DNA of 64,000 bases from an uncultured delta proteobacterium (GTDB taxonomy: Bacteria > Desulfobacterota > Binatia > UBA9968): assembly GCA_963755715.1 (NCBI GenBank), contig CAVWLW010000013.1, positions 28,327 to 92,326 of the forward strand. Reading direction: 5' to 3'. A program made the position numbers and the translations under genes. The notes under the pieces are model-generated. The model saw only the letters and a program-made list of their open reading frames with translations, had not been told where the DNA came from and did not search any database. Shown here in pieces: positions 1 through 10,363 of the stretch. Position 1 is the stretch's first letter, and the number at the start of each line of letters is the position of its first letter.

Positions 1-516
1 GCCGCCTTTGCCGAGCTTGGTGCAATCGACTCGGTCGCCGTCGTCGACCAATCGTCAGCGGGCCGACCACGGTGCCGCGAGTTTTCGGCGCGCACGTGCA
101 GCTCTTCGCGCAGCGCTTCGAGCGTCACTTCGAGATCTTCGATCAGAGGGTCGGACTCGTTCTGGTCGTCGAAGGTGTTTTCGTGGGAGTTCTTAATCGT
201 GTGTTTGGTCCGGTAATAAATTTCTCGCAGCGAAGTCGTCAGGTTGGCGCGCTGCAGTTCGGAGAGAGCGTCGGCGACGAGCACGGTCTGCATGAATTTC
301 TTGGCCATGCCGACGTTGAAAAACGTGCGCGCCTGTTTTCGCCGGCCCATCTCGATGATGACCGCGCTTCTCGTCGAAGGTGACGTTGGCGAGGGTGCGC
401 ACGGGGATGGAAAGGGTTGGATCTTGGCTCCGTTGCGCCGCGGTAATCACGAGGTCGGCGATGCCGACGAGCTTCTTTTCTACGGCTCCGTTACTTTTTG
501 GTTTTTTTCGCGCCAT
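1..516 (-). CDS. top6A: DNA topoisomerase VI subunit A (Spo11-like); runs off the window edge, frameshifted near 360
   Basis: Starts MARKKPKS...LSIPVRTLANVTFDEKR. After a frameshift it reads ARTFFNVGMAKKFMQTVLVAD...TTSLREIYYRTKH...NTFDDQNESDPLIEDLEV, which carries the catalytic-Tyr motif and the F-x-x-Q-x-ESD motif. Lies directly downstream of top6B. Confidence 0.92.
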
Positions 517-2573
517 GTTTCTTTCCTGTCTTTTGGCTTCGTCTTTCGCTGGATTTGGCTTTTTCAAATCCCAAAGTCATTTGTTTGTACTTTGCGGCTT
601 TGCGCTTTGGCTGCTTGGTAACTTTTGTCGCTTTGTCTTGTCCTTGGTTTTTCGATTCGGCTTTTTGCGGCTTTGCCATCGTCGGCAAGCGGTCTCTTCG
701 CTCATCGGCCGCGATCTTCTTGCGGCGGCTTCGACCGCGTTTTGCTCGTTGCTCGAGCAACGCGAGCGCTTCGCCTTCGGTGCCCTCGGCAGTGACGATG
801 ATCGAGTGGGGCAGACCTTCCGGTCCGCCGTCGCGGCCCGAGCATTTCGTCGGTTTTTTCGCCGCCGGTGCGTTTCGTGGCGATCTTCTGCAGTTGCTCC
901 TTGAGCTTTTCTTTAGCGAGCTTGCCGCCCTTGAGGCGGTTGCACGCTTCGACGACTTCTTCGATATACAGCTCGAAGATATTGCGCCGGCGAAACTCGT
1001 CCTTGGCGTGCTCGCGCCGCCGCAGAAAAACACCGAGCCGCCGGCCGCATTCTTGGAGAGCGAGCTTGATTTCTTTTCTGATCTCGTCGTAGTCGGCGAT
1101 CGCTTCCTTCGATTCGCTGGTGAACGGCACCCAAACCGACGCCATGTGGACAAAGATCACCATCGGCCCGGCGGGCAGGGCGCCTCTGGATTGCGCCACC
1201 CCGTAGTTGCGCCAAGTGGTATCGAGCACGGCTTTGAACGTCGCGCAGGCGGACTGCTGATAGAGCAGCGGGACGCGGTTGGCGTAGCGAATGACGCTGG
1301 CCAGCTCATTATCGTCGTCGTGACTCTCTCCTTCAGCGAGGGGCCCTTTCGGCTGCTCGCGTTTGCCCGCCGCCTGTTCCGGCCCTTTGCCGAAAGCCAA
1401 GCCCGCTTCGATGACAAACGGATTGCCGCGGTAGACTGCTGGCGGCCGCGTCACGGCGGTATAGAAATCGCCTTTGATTTGTTTATACAAGCCGTGCAGG
1501 ATCGCTTTCTCGCCGATGGGCGAGATGCAATTACTCGGCGGCGCCATGATCTTGGTGGATTGAATCGCCTTATAAAATGTTTCGGCGGCGGCACCGTGGA
1601 GGTTTCTTGGCCGAGTATCGGGCGATAGCTTGGCCGCCTTGCAAATCTCTTGGGCGAGACTGGACGAAACTCGGCTAAACTCGCTCGACAAAAATCCCGC
1701 GAGCGAATGGCTCTTGGTGTCGTGGAGCATTTTCAGCATCATGCCGAATTCGATGCCGTAAGGATGCGGTTTGATTTCGCGCGGCTGCGGCGGCAGCTCT
1801 TCGATCGTCCGGGGATATTCTTTGGTATCGCCCTCGGGCGTGTGGTACGCGAGCTTGACGTGCGGATTGGCAATCGCCGTCTGCTCCAGATATTCGTCGA
1901 CCGAACCTCGTCCTTTTTGATAGCGGCCTTCGATTTCCAGCGTTACCTGCGTGCCGCGATGGTTTTCCCACTCGATCTGCTTTTGCTCGAAGATCCGCGG
2001 CTCGTTCTTCTTGGTATCGATCTGCACTTCGAAATAATGCGCCGGCGTGCGCGCGCCGGTGCGCGAAATAATTTGCACGGGCTTGCCGGTGGTCAATTGC
2101 GCGTACATGCCGGCGGCCGATATGCCGATGCCCTGCTGGCCGCGGCTCATGCGCAGCCGGTGAAATTTCGATCCATAGAGCAACTTCGCGAAGATCCGCG
2201 GGATCTGTTGGCGCACGATGCCGGGGCCGTAGTCGATCACGGTGAGGCGGAAGCGGTTCGCCTGGCTCGGCGCCGGCGCGTTGCCGCCGTTGGCTGCGAC
2301 TTCAACCTTGACGATGACCTCAGGCAGAATTCCCGCCTCCTCGCAGGCATCCAGCGCATTGTCGACGGCTTCCTTGACGCAGGTGAGGAGCGCCTTGCGT
2401 GGATTGTCGAAGCCCAGCAAATGGCGGTTTTTAGTAAAAAACTCCGAGACCGAGATCTCGCGCTGGCGCGCGCCCATCTCGGCTGCCGATACGGCCGTCT
2501 TCGGCGTGGCAGTCTGGGTGTCGACCGGCGCCGCATTGGACTTTGGCATGGCTTTAGACATTGCTTCTTTCAC
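491..2573 (-). CDS. top6B: DNA topoisomerase VI subunit B (GHKL ATPase, H2TH, transducer) with Lys-rich tail; frameshift near 835
   Basis: Motifs EISVSEFFTKNRHLLGF, KEAVDNALDACEEAGILP, GSKFHRLRMSRGQQGIGIS, RYANRVPLLY and VPFTSESKEAI. The C-terminus continues in ORF 491..1153. Confidence 0.96.
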
Positions 2574-2902
2574 ATCTCCACTGGAATCAGATTTGGAACG
2601 GATTGGAGTAGCGGAGCGCGAAAACTGTGGGCGGTTAAGAAACGAATGGGACAGTACTCCAATACTTAAACACCGACTCGGCTGAGTATTTAGGTTTGCA
2701 ACACACTCGGGCGAGATGTCGTTGCCGAAATTCGCTTCAGTATATCAGAGACGAAAATATTTTGTAGCCTGAAATCCAATATCGCAGAGAAAAAATCAGA
2801 AGGATCTTGGCGCGCGCTTGGCTACGTGACGAATCCGAAGTTTGCGCGCCACGCCAATATCCGTTATTTTTACAATCTAACGTTACGATCTCGGATACAA
2901 TC

Positions 2903-4186
2903 TTGACCGCCACCAACGACCCGACCCGAGCACCCGGTTTACTCGCTACGCCTCAGAAAGTCGCTTTCGCCGCGCTCAAGCATCGTCACTTTCGCGGTTT
3001 TTTCTTTACCACGATGCTGGCGATGATGGCCGACAATATCGAGCACGTGATCAGTTATTGGATGCTGTTCCAAAAATTCCAGTCGCCGGTGCTGGCCGGC
3101 TTCGCCGTGATCAGCCACTGGACGCCGTTTTTGTTTCTCTCAGTCTATTTCGGGGGTTTGGCCGATCGTCATGATTGCCGCAGACTGATTCAAATCGCGC
3201 AGATCATGTATATGTTCGTGTCGGCGGCCTGGGCGTATTTCTTTTTCACCGGCACGATAGAGATCTGGCATGCGTGCGTCTTGTTAGTGATTCATGGCAT
3301 CGCCGGCGTTTTCTGGACGCCGGCGGAGCAACTCATCATTCACGACATCGTCGGCCCGGACGATCTGCCAAGCGCGGTGCGCTTGAACGCCACCAGCCGT
3401 CAATTGGGAATTCTTTTTGGGCCTGCGGTCGGCGGTGGCTTGCTGTTGTGGCTCGGCGCGTCCGCCGGTTTGGTAGTGAATGCGTTGATCTACGTGCCGT
3501 TCACGATCTGGCTGGCGCTCGTTCCCTATACGGGCCATACGCGGGACGGAATGTCGGCGCGCCGGGCGTTGCGCTGGCGAGATGCTTTCGACGTCATCCG
3601 CGATATTGCCGATAACCGTCCGATCCTCACGATGATCGTGCTTGGCGGCGCAGCGTCGCTATTCGTCGGCAATGCGTTTCAAGCCAACATGCCAGAGTTC
3701 GCTCACGACCTTGGCACCGAGAAAGCTGACTTTGCTTACAGCGCGCTGCTGGCCGCCAATGCCGCGGGATCGGTCTTCGGCGGTTTTGTGCTCGACGGCA
3801 AGGCCTGGTTGGCGCCGACGGTGAAATCGGCGATCGCCTGCGCCATTCTCTGGTGTTTGACGATGACCGCTTTTGCTTTTTCGCAGAATTATCCACTGTC
3901 GCTCGGCCTTTTGTTTGTCGCCGGCGCGTTGAACCTGTCGTTCTATTCGATCGCGCAAACGATCGTGCAGCTAGAAGCGCCGCTGGCTTTGCGCGGCCGG
4001 CTGATCGGATTATTTTCGATGTCAGCCTATGGCTTACGTGCTTTCAGTGGATTAACCATCGGCGTGGTCGGCGGGCTGATCGGCATTCATTGGTCACTGG
4101 CGCTGAGCTCCATGATTCTATTGGCCGTGACGGTCGCGCTGTTCGCTTTCACCGCGCAAGGACAAAGCAGCGAAGAGCTGGGCTAA
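2903..4186 (+). CDS. MFS transporter (paralogue 1 of 3)
   Basis: About 12 hydrophobic segments; GGLADRHDCRR motif A; AFAALKHRHFR N-terminus. Start uncertain (ORF open from 2807). Confidence 0.92.
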   Translation: MTATNDPTRAPGLLATPQKVAFAALKHRHFRGFFFTTMLAMMADNIEHVISYWMLFQKFQSPVLAGFAVISHWTPFLFLSVYFGGLADRHDCRRLIQIAQIMYMFVSAAWAYFFFTGTIEIWHACVLLVIHGIAGVFWTPAEQLIIHDIVGPDDLPSAVRLNATSRQLGILFGPAVGGGLLLWLGASAGLVVNALIYVPFTIWLALVPYTGHTRDGMSARRALRWRDAFDVIRDIADNRPILTMIVLGGAASLFVGNAFQANMPEFAHDLGTEKADFAYSALLAANAAGSVFGGFVLDGKAWLAPTVKSAIACAILWCLTMTAFAFSQNYPLSLGLLFVAGALNLSFYSIAQTIVQLEAPLALRGRLIGLFSMSAYGLRAFSGLTIGVVGGLIGIHWSLALSSMILLAVTVALFAFTAQGQSSEELG

Positions 4187-4338
4187 AGCTGCCAGCCATG
4201 GTCGCGCCATAAAATTTTCACTGTAGAGATTCCTGATAAATTTTCACGCGCTCAAGATGACGAGCCCCTTCGCTGTTTGCGTGGCTCTCCAAGATTCGTT
4301 ACTGTCGCCGATTGATCCTACGAATTCTGGAGAACGCA

Positions 4339-5619
4339 TTGGCAACCCGGAACATCCATTCAAGCGCCGTGGCTCAATCGAGCGAGAAAGTCGCTTTCGC
4401 CGCGCTGCATCACAAAGATTTTCGCGCCTACTTTGTCGCGACCATGCTGGCGATGATGGCGGACAGCATCGAGCACGTCATCAGCTACTGGCTGCTTTAC
4501 CAAAAATTCCATTCGCCGGTGCTCGCCGGCTTCGCGGTGCTGAGCCACTGGACGCCTTTTTTGCTGTTTGCCGTTTATTTCGGCGCGCTCGCGGATCGAT
4601 TCGACTGCCGCAAGGTTATCCAAGTAGCGCAGATCATGTACATGGGCGTCTCCGCGGCATGGGCGTTTTTGTTTTTTACCGACACGATCCAACTCTGGCA
4701 CGCCTGCGTTCTGCTGGTGATTCACGGCATGGCGGGCGTGCTCTGGGGCCCAGGGAGCCAATTGCTGATTCATGACATCGTCGGCACCGAACAACTGCAA
4801 AGCGCGGTGCGTCTCAATTCAACGAGCCGGCAATTGGGCGTTCTTCTCGGACCCGCGGTGGGTGGCGGTCTTATGTTGTTATTAAGTCCGTCGATGGGCT
4901 TGGTGGTGAACACGCTTATTTACCTACCGTTGACCCTCTGGTTATTGACCGTGCCCTACACCGGCCACAGCCGCTAGGGCGTCGTGCCGGCGCGTCGTGC
5001 GCTCGGCTGGCGCGATGCTTTCCAAGTCGTGCGCGAAGTCTCGGGCAACCGGCCGATCATCACCATGGTCGTGCTCGCCGGCTGCGTGTCGTTTTTTGTC
5101 GGCACGGCGTTTCAAGCAACCATGCCGGAATTCGCCCACGATCTCGGCACGGGGAAAGCCGACTTCGCCTACAGCGCGCTGCTTAGCGCCAATGCCGCTG
5201 GCGCGGTAATCGGCGGTTTTTTGCTCGAAGGACGAGGCTGGCTGCCGCCGCGCGTGCAGACTGCGATGATCAGTGCGATTCTCTGGTGCGTGGTCATCAC
5301 CTGCTTTGCGCTCTCGACGAATTATTATCTTTCGTTGGCGCTACTGTTCACGGCCGGTATTTTGAATTTAGCCTTTTCTTCCATGGGTCAAACTATCGTG
5401 CAGTTGCTATCGCCGCCGCAGCTCCGCGGCCGGCTGATCGGCCTGTTTGCCATGGCGAGCATGGGGCTCAAAGCTTTCAGCGGCTTGACCGTCGGTGTGT
5501 TGGGCGGGCTGATCGGCGTACATTGGTCGCTGGCAGCGAGCGCCATGGTTTTGTTGACCGTTACTGTCGCGCTGTTTGCTTTTGCTCTCCCAGGGCAGCG
5601 CCACGAAGAGCTCAACTAA
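4339..5619 (+). pseudogene. MFS transporter paralogue 2, interrupted by an in-frame TAG at 4975-4977 (split gene, pseudogene or sequencing error)
   Basis: ORFs 4312..4977 and 4984..5619 are in the same frame and together are collinear with paralogues 1 and 3. Confidence 0.8.
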
Positions 5620-5628
5620 CGCCGAACC

Positions 5629-6909
5629 ATGGCTGTGAATTCAACTTCTGCGAGCGACGTTTCATCAACGATCCCAGAGCGGACAGTCGCTTTTGCGGCG
5701 CTACACCATCGCGACTATCGGCGATATTTCTTCGTGATCATGATGTCGCAGATGGGCGACAACATCGAGCACGTCATCAGTTACTGGCTGCTCTACCAAA
5801 AATTTCACTCTCCGGTGCTCGCCGGTTTTGCGGTCATCAGTCACTGGACGCCGTTTCTGTTTTTCGCGGTCTATTTCGGCGCCCTTGCCGACCGGCACGA
5901 TTGCCGCCGCGTGATTCAAGCGGCCCAGGTGATGTACGCCAGCGTGTCGCTCATCTGGGGTATTTTATTTCTCACCGACACAATTCAAGTGTGGCACGCC
6001 TGTGTTCTCCTGGTGGTCCATGGAATGGCCGGCGTTTTGGGCAATCCCGGCAGCCAGCTGATCATCCATGACATCGTGGGGCGCGAGTACTTGCAGAGCG
6101 CAGTCAGGCTCAATTCCACGGGACGAAATATCGCCGTGCTCTTCGGACCGGCGGTTGGCGGCGCGACGATGTTGATTTTTGGGGCGCCCGCGGGACTTTT
6201 TATCAACGTGTTTATGTATCTGCCGATGATCGTCTTCATGTTCATCCTGCCTTACACCGGTCACGGTCGCGACGACGCGGGTAGCGGCCGGGCGCCGCGC
6301 TTTAGCCTGAGCGGCGCGTTGCAATTGATGCGCGAGACGGCCGCGAATCCGACGATACTTTCCATGATCCTCCTCGGCGGCGCGACATCGTTGCTCGTCG
6401 GCAACGCGTTTCAAGCTCAAATGCCGGGATTTGCCCATGACTTCGGGCATGAGAAACAGGATTGGGCTTATAGTATTTTGCTCGGTGCCAACGCCGGCGG
6501 AGCCGCGATCGGCGGTCTGTTACTGGAAGGCACCGGCATGCTGCGGCCGAACGCGCGTAACGCGGCGATTAGCTCGATCCTCTGGTGCGTGGCGATCGTG
6601 GGTTTCGCGATGTCGACGAATTACCTTCTGGCAATTGCGTTGCTGTTCTGTGCGGGATTCCTCAATTTGACTTTTCTCTCGATGGCGCAAACCCTGGTGC
6701 AACTGCAGGCGCCGGCTCAACTGCGCGGGCGCTTGATCGGTTTGTTCAACATGTCCAACAATGGCCTGCGCGCTTTCAGCGGCGTGACCGTCGGCGTGAT
6801 CGGCGGCTTGATCGGCATCCATTGGTCGCTGGCGATCAGCGCGATGATCTTGCTGGCCGTGACGATCGCGCTGTTTGCGTTGGTGATTCCGGGGCGGGGT
6901 AGGCAGTGA
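5629..6909 (+). CDS. MFS transporter (paralogue 3)
   Basis: 426 aa; shares IEHVISYWLLYQKFHSPVLAGF and GGLIGIHWSLA blocks with the neighbours. Confidence 0.93.
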   Translation: MAVNSTSASDVSSTIPERTVAFAALHHRDYRRYFFVIMMSQMGDNIEHVISYWLLYQKFHSPVLAGFAVISHWTPFLFFAVYFGALADRHDCRRVIQAAQVMYASVSLIWGILFLTDTIQVWHACVLLVVHGMAGVLGNPGSQLIIHDIVGREYLQSAVRLNSTGRNIAVLFGPAVGGATMLIFGAPAGLFINVFMYLPMIVFMFILPYTGHGRDDAGSGRAPRFSLSGALQLMRETAANPTILSMILLGGATSLLVGNAFQAQMPGFAHDFGHEKQDWAYSILLGANAGGAAIGGLLLEGTGMLRPNARNAAISSILWCVAIVGFAMSTNYLLAIALLFCAGFLNLTFLSMAQTLVQLQAPAQLRGRLIGLFNMSNNGLRAFSGVTVGVIGGLIGIHWSLAISAMILLAVTIALFALVIPGRGRQ

Positions 6910-6934
6910 GTTGAGTTGAACGGAAGGAGTTCTT

Positions 6935-6995
6935 ACCACGAAGGACACGAAGATCGGAGTAATTTCTTCCTTCGTGAACTTCGTGCCTTCGTGGT
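6935..6995. repeat. Palindromic element of cacgaag/cttcgtg units between convergent genes
   Basis: accacgaaggacacgaag...cttcgtgaacttcgtgccttcgtggt; a related copy lies at 10271-10350. Confidence 0.7.
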
Positions 6996-7005
6996 GATTG
7001 TGTAA

Positions 7006-7990
7006 TTATTGCCCTACCGCTTGACGGCGCTTGTCTTGCGAAGTGGTCGCTCCGTTGCGAAATTCATTTCTCTTCAAAACGGCGTAGCTGTCGAGGAGCT
7101 GTTTTTGTTCCGCTTCGGAAATTCCCAGTTGTGGACGGCGCACTTTGGCGGTTTTGATCAGTCCCTCGTGTTGGAGAACGACTTTGATGCGTGCGACGGC
7201 TTCGACGATCGGCTCGCTGAAGACCAACTCTTTTAGAGATTCGAGCTCGCTCTGGATCGCGGCGGCTTCGTCGAATTTGCCCGCGCGACCGGCGTTATCC
7301 AGGGCGGCCCATTTTTCGGTCGCGACGTTGGCGACGCCGATGAGCGCGCCATTGGCGCCGAGCTTGTAACTTTCGGCGACAAAGCGGTCGTTGCCGGTGA
7401 GCACCCGCATGGCGGCTTTGTCGCGCTTGAGTGCTTGAACGGTTTCCGTAAATAGATTGATGTCGAACGATGCTTCTTTGAATGCGACGACGTTTTCAAG
7501 ACGGGCGATGCGGCAAACTGTTTCCGGGTCGTAGTAATAGCTTTTCACCGGCACTTGGAAGAGCACCATGGGTAATTTGGTTTCACGCGCCAGATCTTCG
7601 AAGAAACGGACTTTCAAGATTCGGATCGACTTTTCCCCAGGCGAAAAGTAGCGGCGGAAAAATCATTACGCCATCGACCGGCAAGTTTTCCAGATCGCGC
7701 ATCAGGCTGACCGCTTCGTCGGTGGACTGCGGCGCGATGGTGGCGATATGCACTTTGCCGGCGTCGTGCACGGCTTTGCCGGAGATTTCATAGACACGGC
7801 GTTTCTCTTCTAGGCTCAAGACTGGGCTTTCACCGATGCGGGCGCAAGAAACCAGGCCGGCCACTCCGGGGAGAGACGAAAAGTATTTCGTTAGTCGCGC
7901 GAGGCTCTCTAGATCGAGAGCGCCCGAGCTTTCGAAGGGGGAGACGTGAGGAATGAAAAGACCGCTGAAACGCTCATGAAGGCTTGTCAT
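7006..7990 (-). CDS. DHDPS/NAL-family class I aldolase-like protein; frameshift near 7610
   Basis: IPHVSPFESSGALD, ARIGE, VAFKEAS (Schiff-base Lys) and RVLTGND. Joins ORFs 7583..8092 and 7006..7617. Confidence 0.85.
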
Positions 7991-8109
7991 AAAATCCTCC
8001 GCGCGTGATCGACATCGCGCTTGAATTTGCTGCTGGCATAAGTAGAACAGATTGCGAGGGTAGGTCAAGCCGGCAGCAGTCAACAGGTTCATCTGCTGTA
8101 GAAGACATT

Positions 8110-9683
8110 ATGGGTGCATTTGATTTCGTGCCGGGAGCGTCGCAGAATTGATGGCATCGGATCGGCTTGTTCGCCGTGTTCGACGTGCGCGAGCGCGGCG
8201 AATACAACGAATGCCAGATTCCCGGCACGACTTCGTTGCCGCGCAGCCAGATTGAATTTCGCATCCAGTCGCTGGTTCCGGATCGCAAAATTCCCCTCAT
8301 CGTCTATGACGCCGAGGACGGCAGGGCGCCGCTCGCGCTGAAGACGCTGAATGCAGCTTGGTTATTCAGAAGTATCGATTCTCGACGGCGGACTGACCGC
8401 GTGGCGCAACGAGCGGACGGCCGACCGTCGGCGGCGTCAATGTGCCGAGCAAGGCGTTCGGCGAAAAAGTGCATCACGAGCGAAATATTCCGGACGTGAC
8501 GCCGGAGGAGCTGAAAGCGCTACGCGAGAGCGGCGCCGATCTGCTTATTTTGGACGTGCGCACTCCGGAAGAGTACGGCAGGTTTTGCATCCCCGGCGGA
8601 GTGAGCGTGCCCGGCGGCGATCTCATTTTGTGGGCGGACGAGTTGAAGCAAAAGCGCGATGCGACGGTGGTGATCAACTGCGCCGGGCGGACGCGCAGCA
8701 TCGTCGGCACGGCGGCCTTGCGCCGCTTGGGGCTGACGAACGTGCGGGCGCTCAAGAACGGCACCATGGGTTGGGTGCTGGCGGGCTTGGAGTTGGAAAC
8801 CAAGCCGGCGCGCAGCGCGCCGGCTGCGCCGTCAGGAAGCCGTCAACGAGCGACGGCGCTGGCGGCACAAATCGCCGCGGAAGAAAAAATTGCGACGATC
8901 TCCGCGCCACAGCTCGCGGACGCGCTGGCGAGCATGAATAAGGGTGTCACGTATCTAATCGATGCGCGCTCGGAACCCGAGTTCGAAGCGGGGCATATTT
9001 CAGGATCGATCAACGTTCCGGGCGGGCAGGCGGTGCAGCGCGCCGACGATTTCGTGGCGGTGCGGAACGCGCAAATCATTTTCATCAGCAGCGAATCTGC
9101 ACGCGCCGTTATGGCCGCTTATTGGTATCGGCAAATGGGATTTCCGCATGTTTCGGTGTTGCAAGGCGGACTTCGCGCATGGTCGGAAAACGGTCATCTA
9201 TTGGCGCGCGGGGTGTTGTCCGACGAGCCATTGGGGTTCGCAGCCGCGCAACAGTCGGCAATTTTTGTCGATGCGCAAACTCTCGCCGAGCAAATCAAGA
9301 GTTCTTCGGCTTTGATCCTCGACGTCGGTACGAGTCTCGAATTCGAATCGGCGCACGTGCTCGGTGCCAAATGGATTTCCCGCGGTTGGATCGAGCTCAA
9401 ATTACCGGAACAATACTCTGACCGTGGACAAGCGATCGTCGTGAGCTGCGCGGATGGCCGGCAGTCCGTCTTCGCCGCGCGCGCGTTGGGCGGCTTGGGT
9501 TACAAGGATGTCCGAGTTCTTGCCGGCGGCGTGCAGGCGTGGCGCGCCGCTGGCCTGAAAACCGAAACAGGACGCGATCGCTGCTTGGTTCAGCCCAATG
9601 ATGTCGTCTTATCGCCGTCGATTCGCGGCAGCAAGGAAGATATGCAGCGCTATCTGGATTGGGAATTGAAACTGGAACGTTAG
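8110..9683 (+). CDS. Four-domain rhodanese/sulfurtransferase; frameshifts in the 5' part
   Basis: Repeated D(V/A)R..E(Y/F)...(H/Q/C)IPG-like units, an active-site NCAGRTRS loop, and L.GG..AW motifs. Start approximate. Confidence 0.88.
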
Positions 9684-9693
9684 CCGCGCTTGC

Positions 9694-10261
9694 TTAACAG
9701 TTGTCGTATTTTGGGCTGGCGAAAGTTTTTGCGGTCTTGCTGGCGATATCGAAGCGCAGCCGCGGCATATCGGTCAAGTCTTTGCCGTAGACGTGAATTT
9801 CCACTGTGTCGCGATCGCTGACATTGTTCATCTCATGGATATCGTCGTTGGGCGATACCAGGCATGAAACCATTCCAGCCTTGTTCTTGAGTACCGCCGT
9901 GACCTCGAGGTCAGCGCGGTCGGCACTTTCGCCGTCGTCTTTCCTGCGAAAACGCGTTTCCTGAATCTCATTTTCAACCACGCCGACCATGCCCCAGGTG
10001 TCATGATTGTGCGCCTTGGCGTTGTCGCCCGGTCCCCAGACCACCGATGAGACATTAAACAGCGGCGCGCGATGCAGCATGTAGCGGCCGTAGGCCGTGA
10101 CGCCGCGTTTTCTGTATTGTTGCCTCGATGCAGTTCGGTTGTTGCACCAGCCTGGCGAGCAGCGGCTTGGCCGCGTTGACAATCTTTTCCTGAGAGCTTT
10201 CCGTTCTCGTAATGCGATCCAGGTCGTCGATGAAATTTTTCAGCGAATAGGTCGTTGTCAT
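9694..10261 (-). CDS. Cysteine/thiol dioxygenase family cupin; frameshift near 10120
   Basis: YGRYML, VWGPGD..KAHNHDTWG, DDIHEM and EIHVYG. N-terminus MTTTYSLKNFIDDL is in ORF 10055..10294. Confidence 0.85.
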
Positions 10262-10270
10262 TTTCGATTT

Positions 10271-10350
10271 CACCACCAAGAACGCGAAGGGCACGAAGCG
10301 CGGAAGGATTTCTCACCTTCGGGATCTTCGTGCCCTGCGCGGCTTATGGT
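10271..10350. repeat. Degenerate cacgaag/cttcgtg palindromic element
   Basis: gggcacgaag...cttcgtgccc arms; same family as 6935-6995. Confidence 0.6.
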
Positions 10351-10363
10351 CTATTACGTGTAT

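Noticed and set aside
498-2669. Long + strand ORFs opposite top6B, and similar antisense ORFs (e.g. 25048..26013, 27172..28257)
   Set aside because: Shadow ORFs from GC-rich codon bias on the strand opposite well-supported genes.
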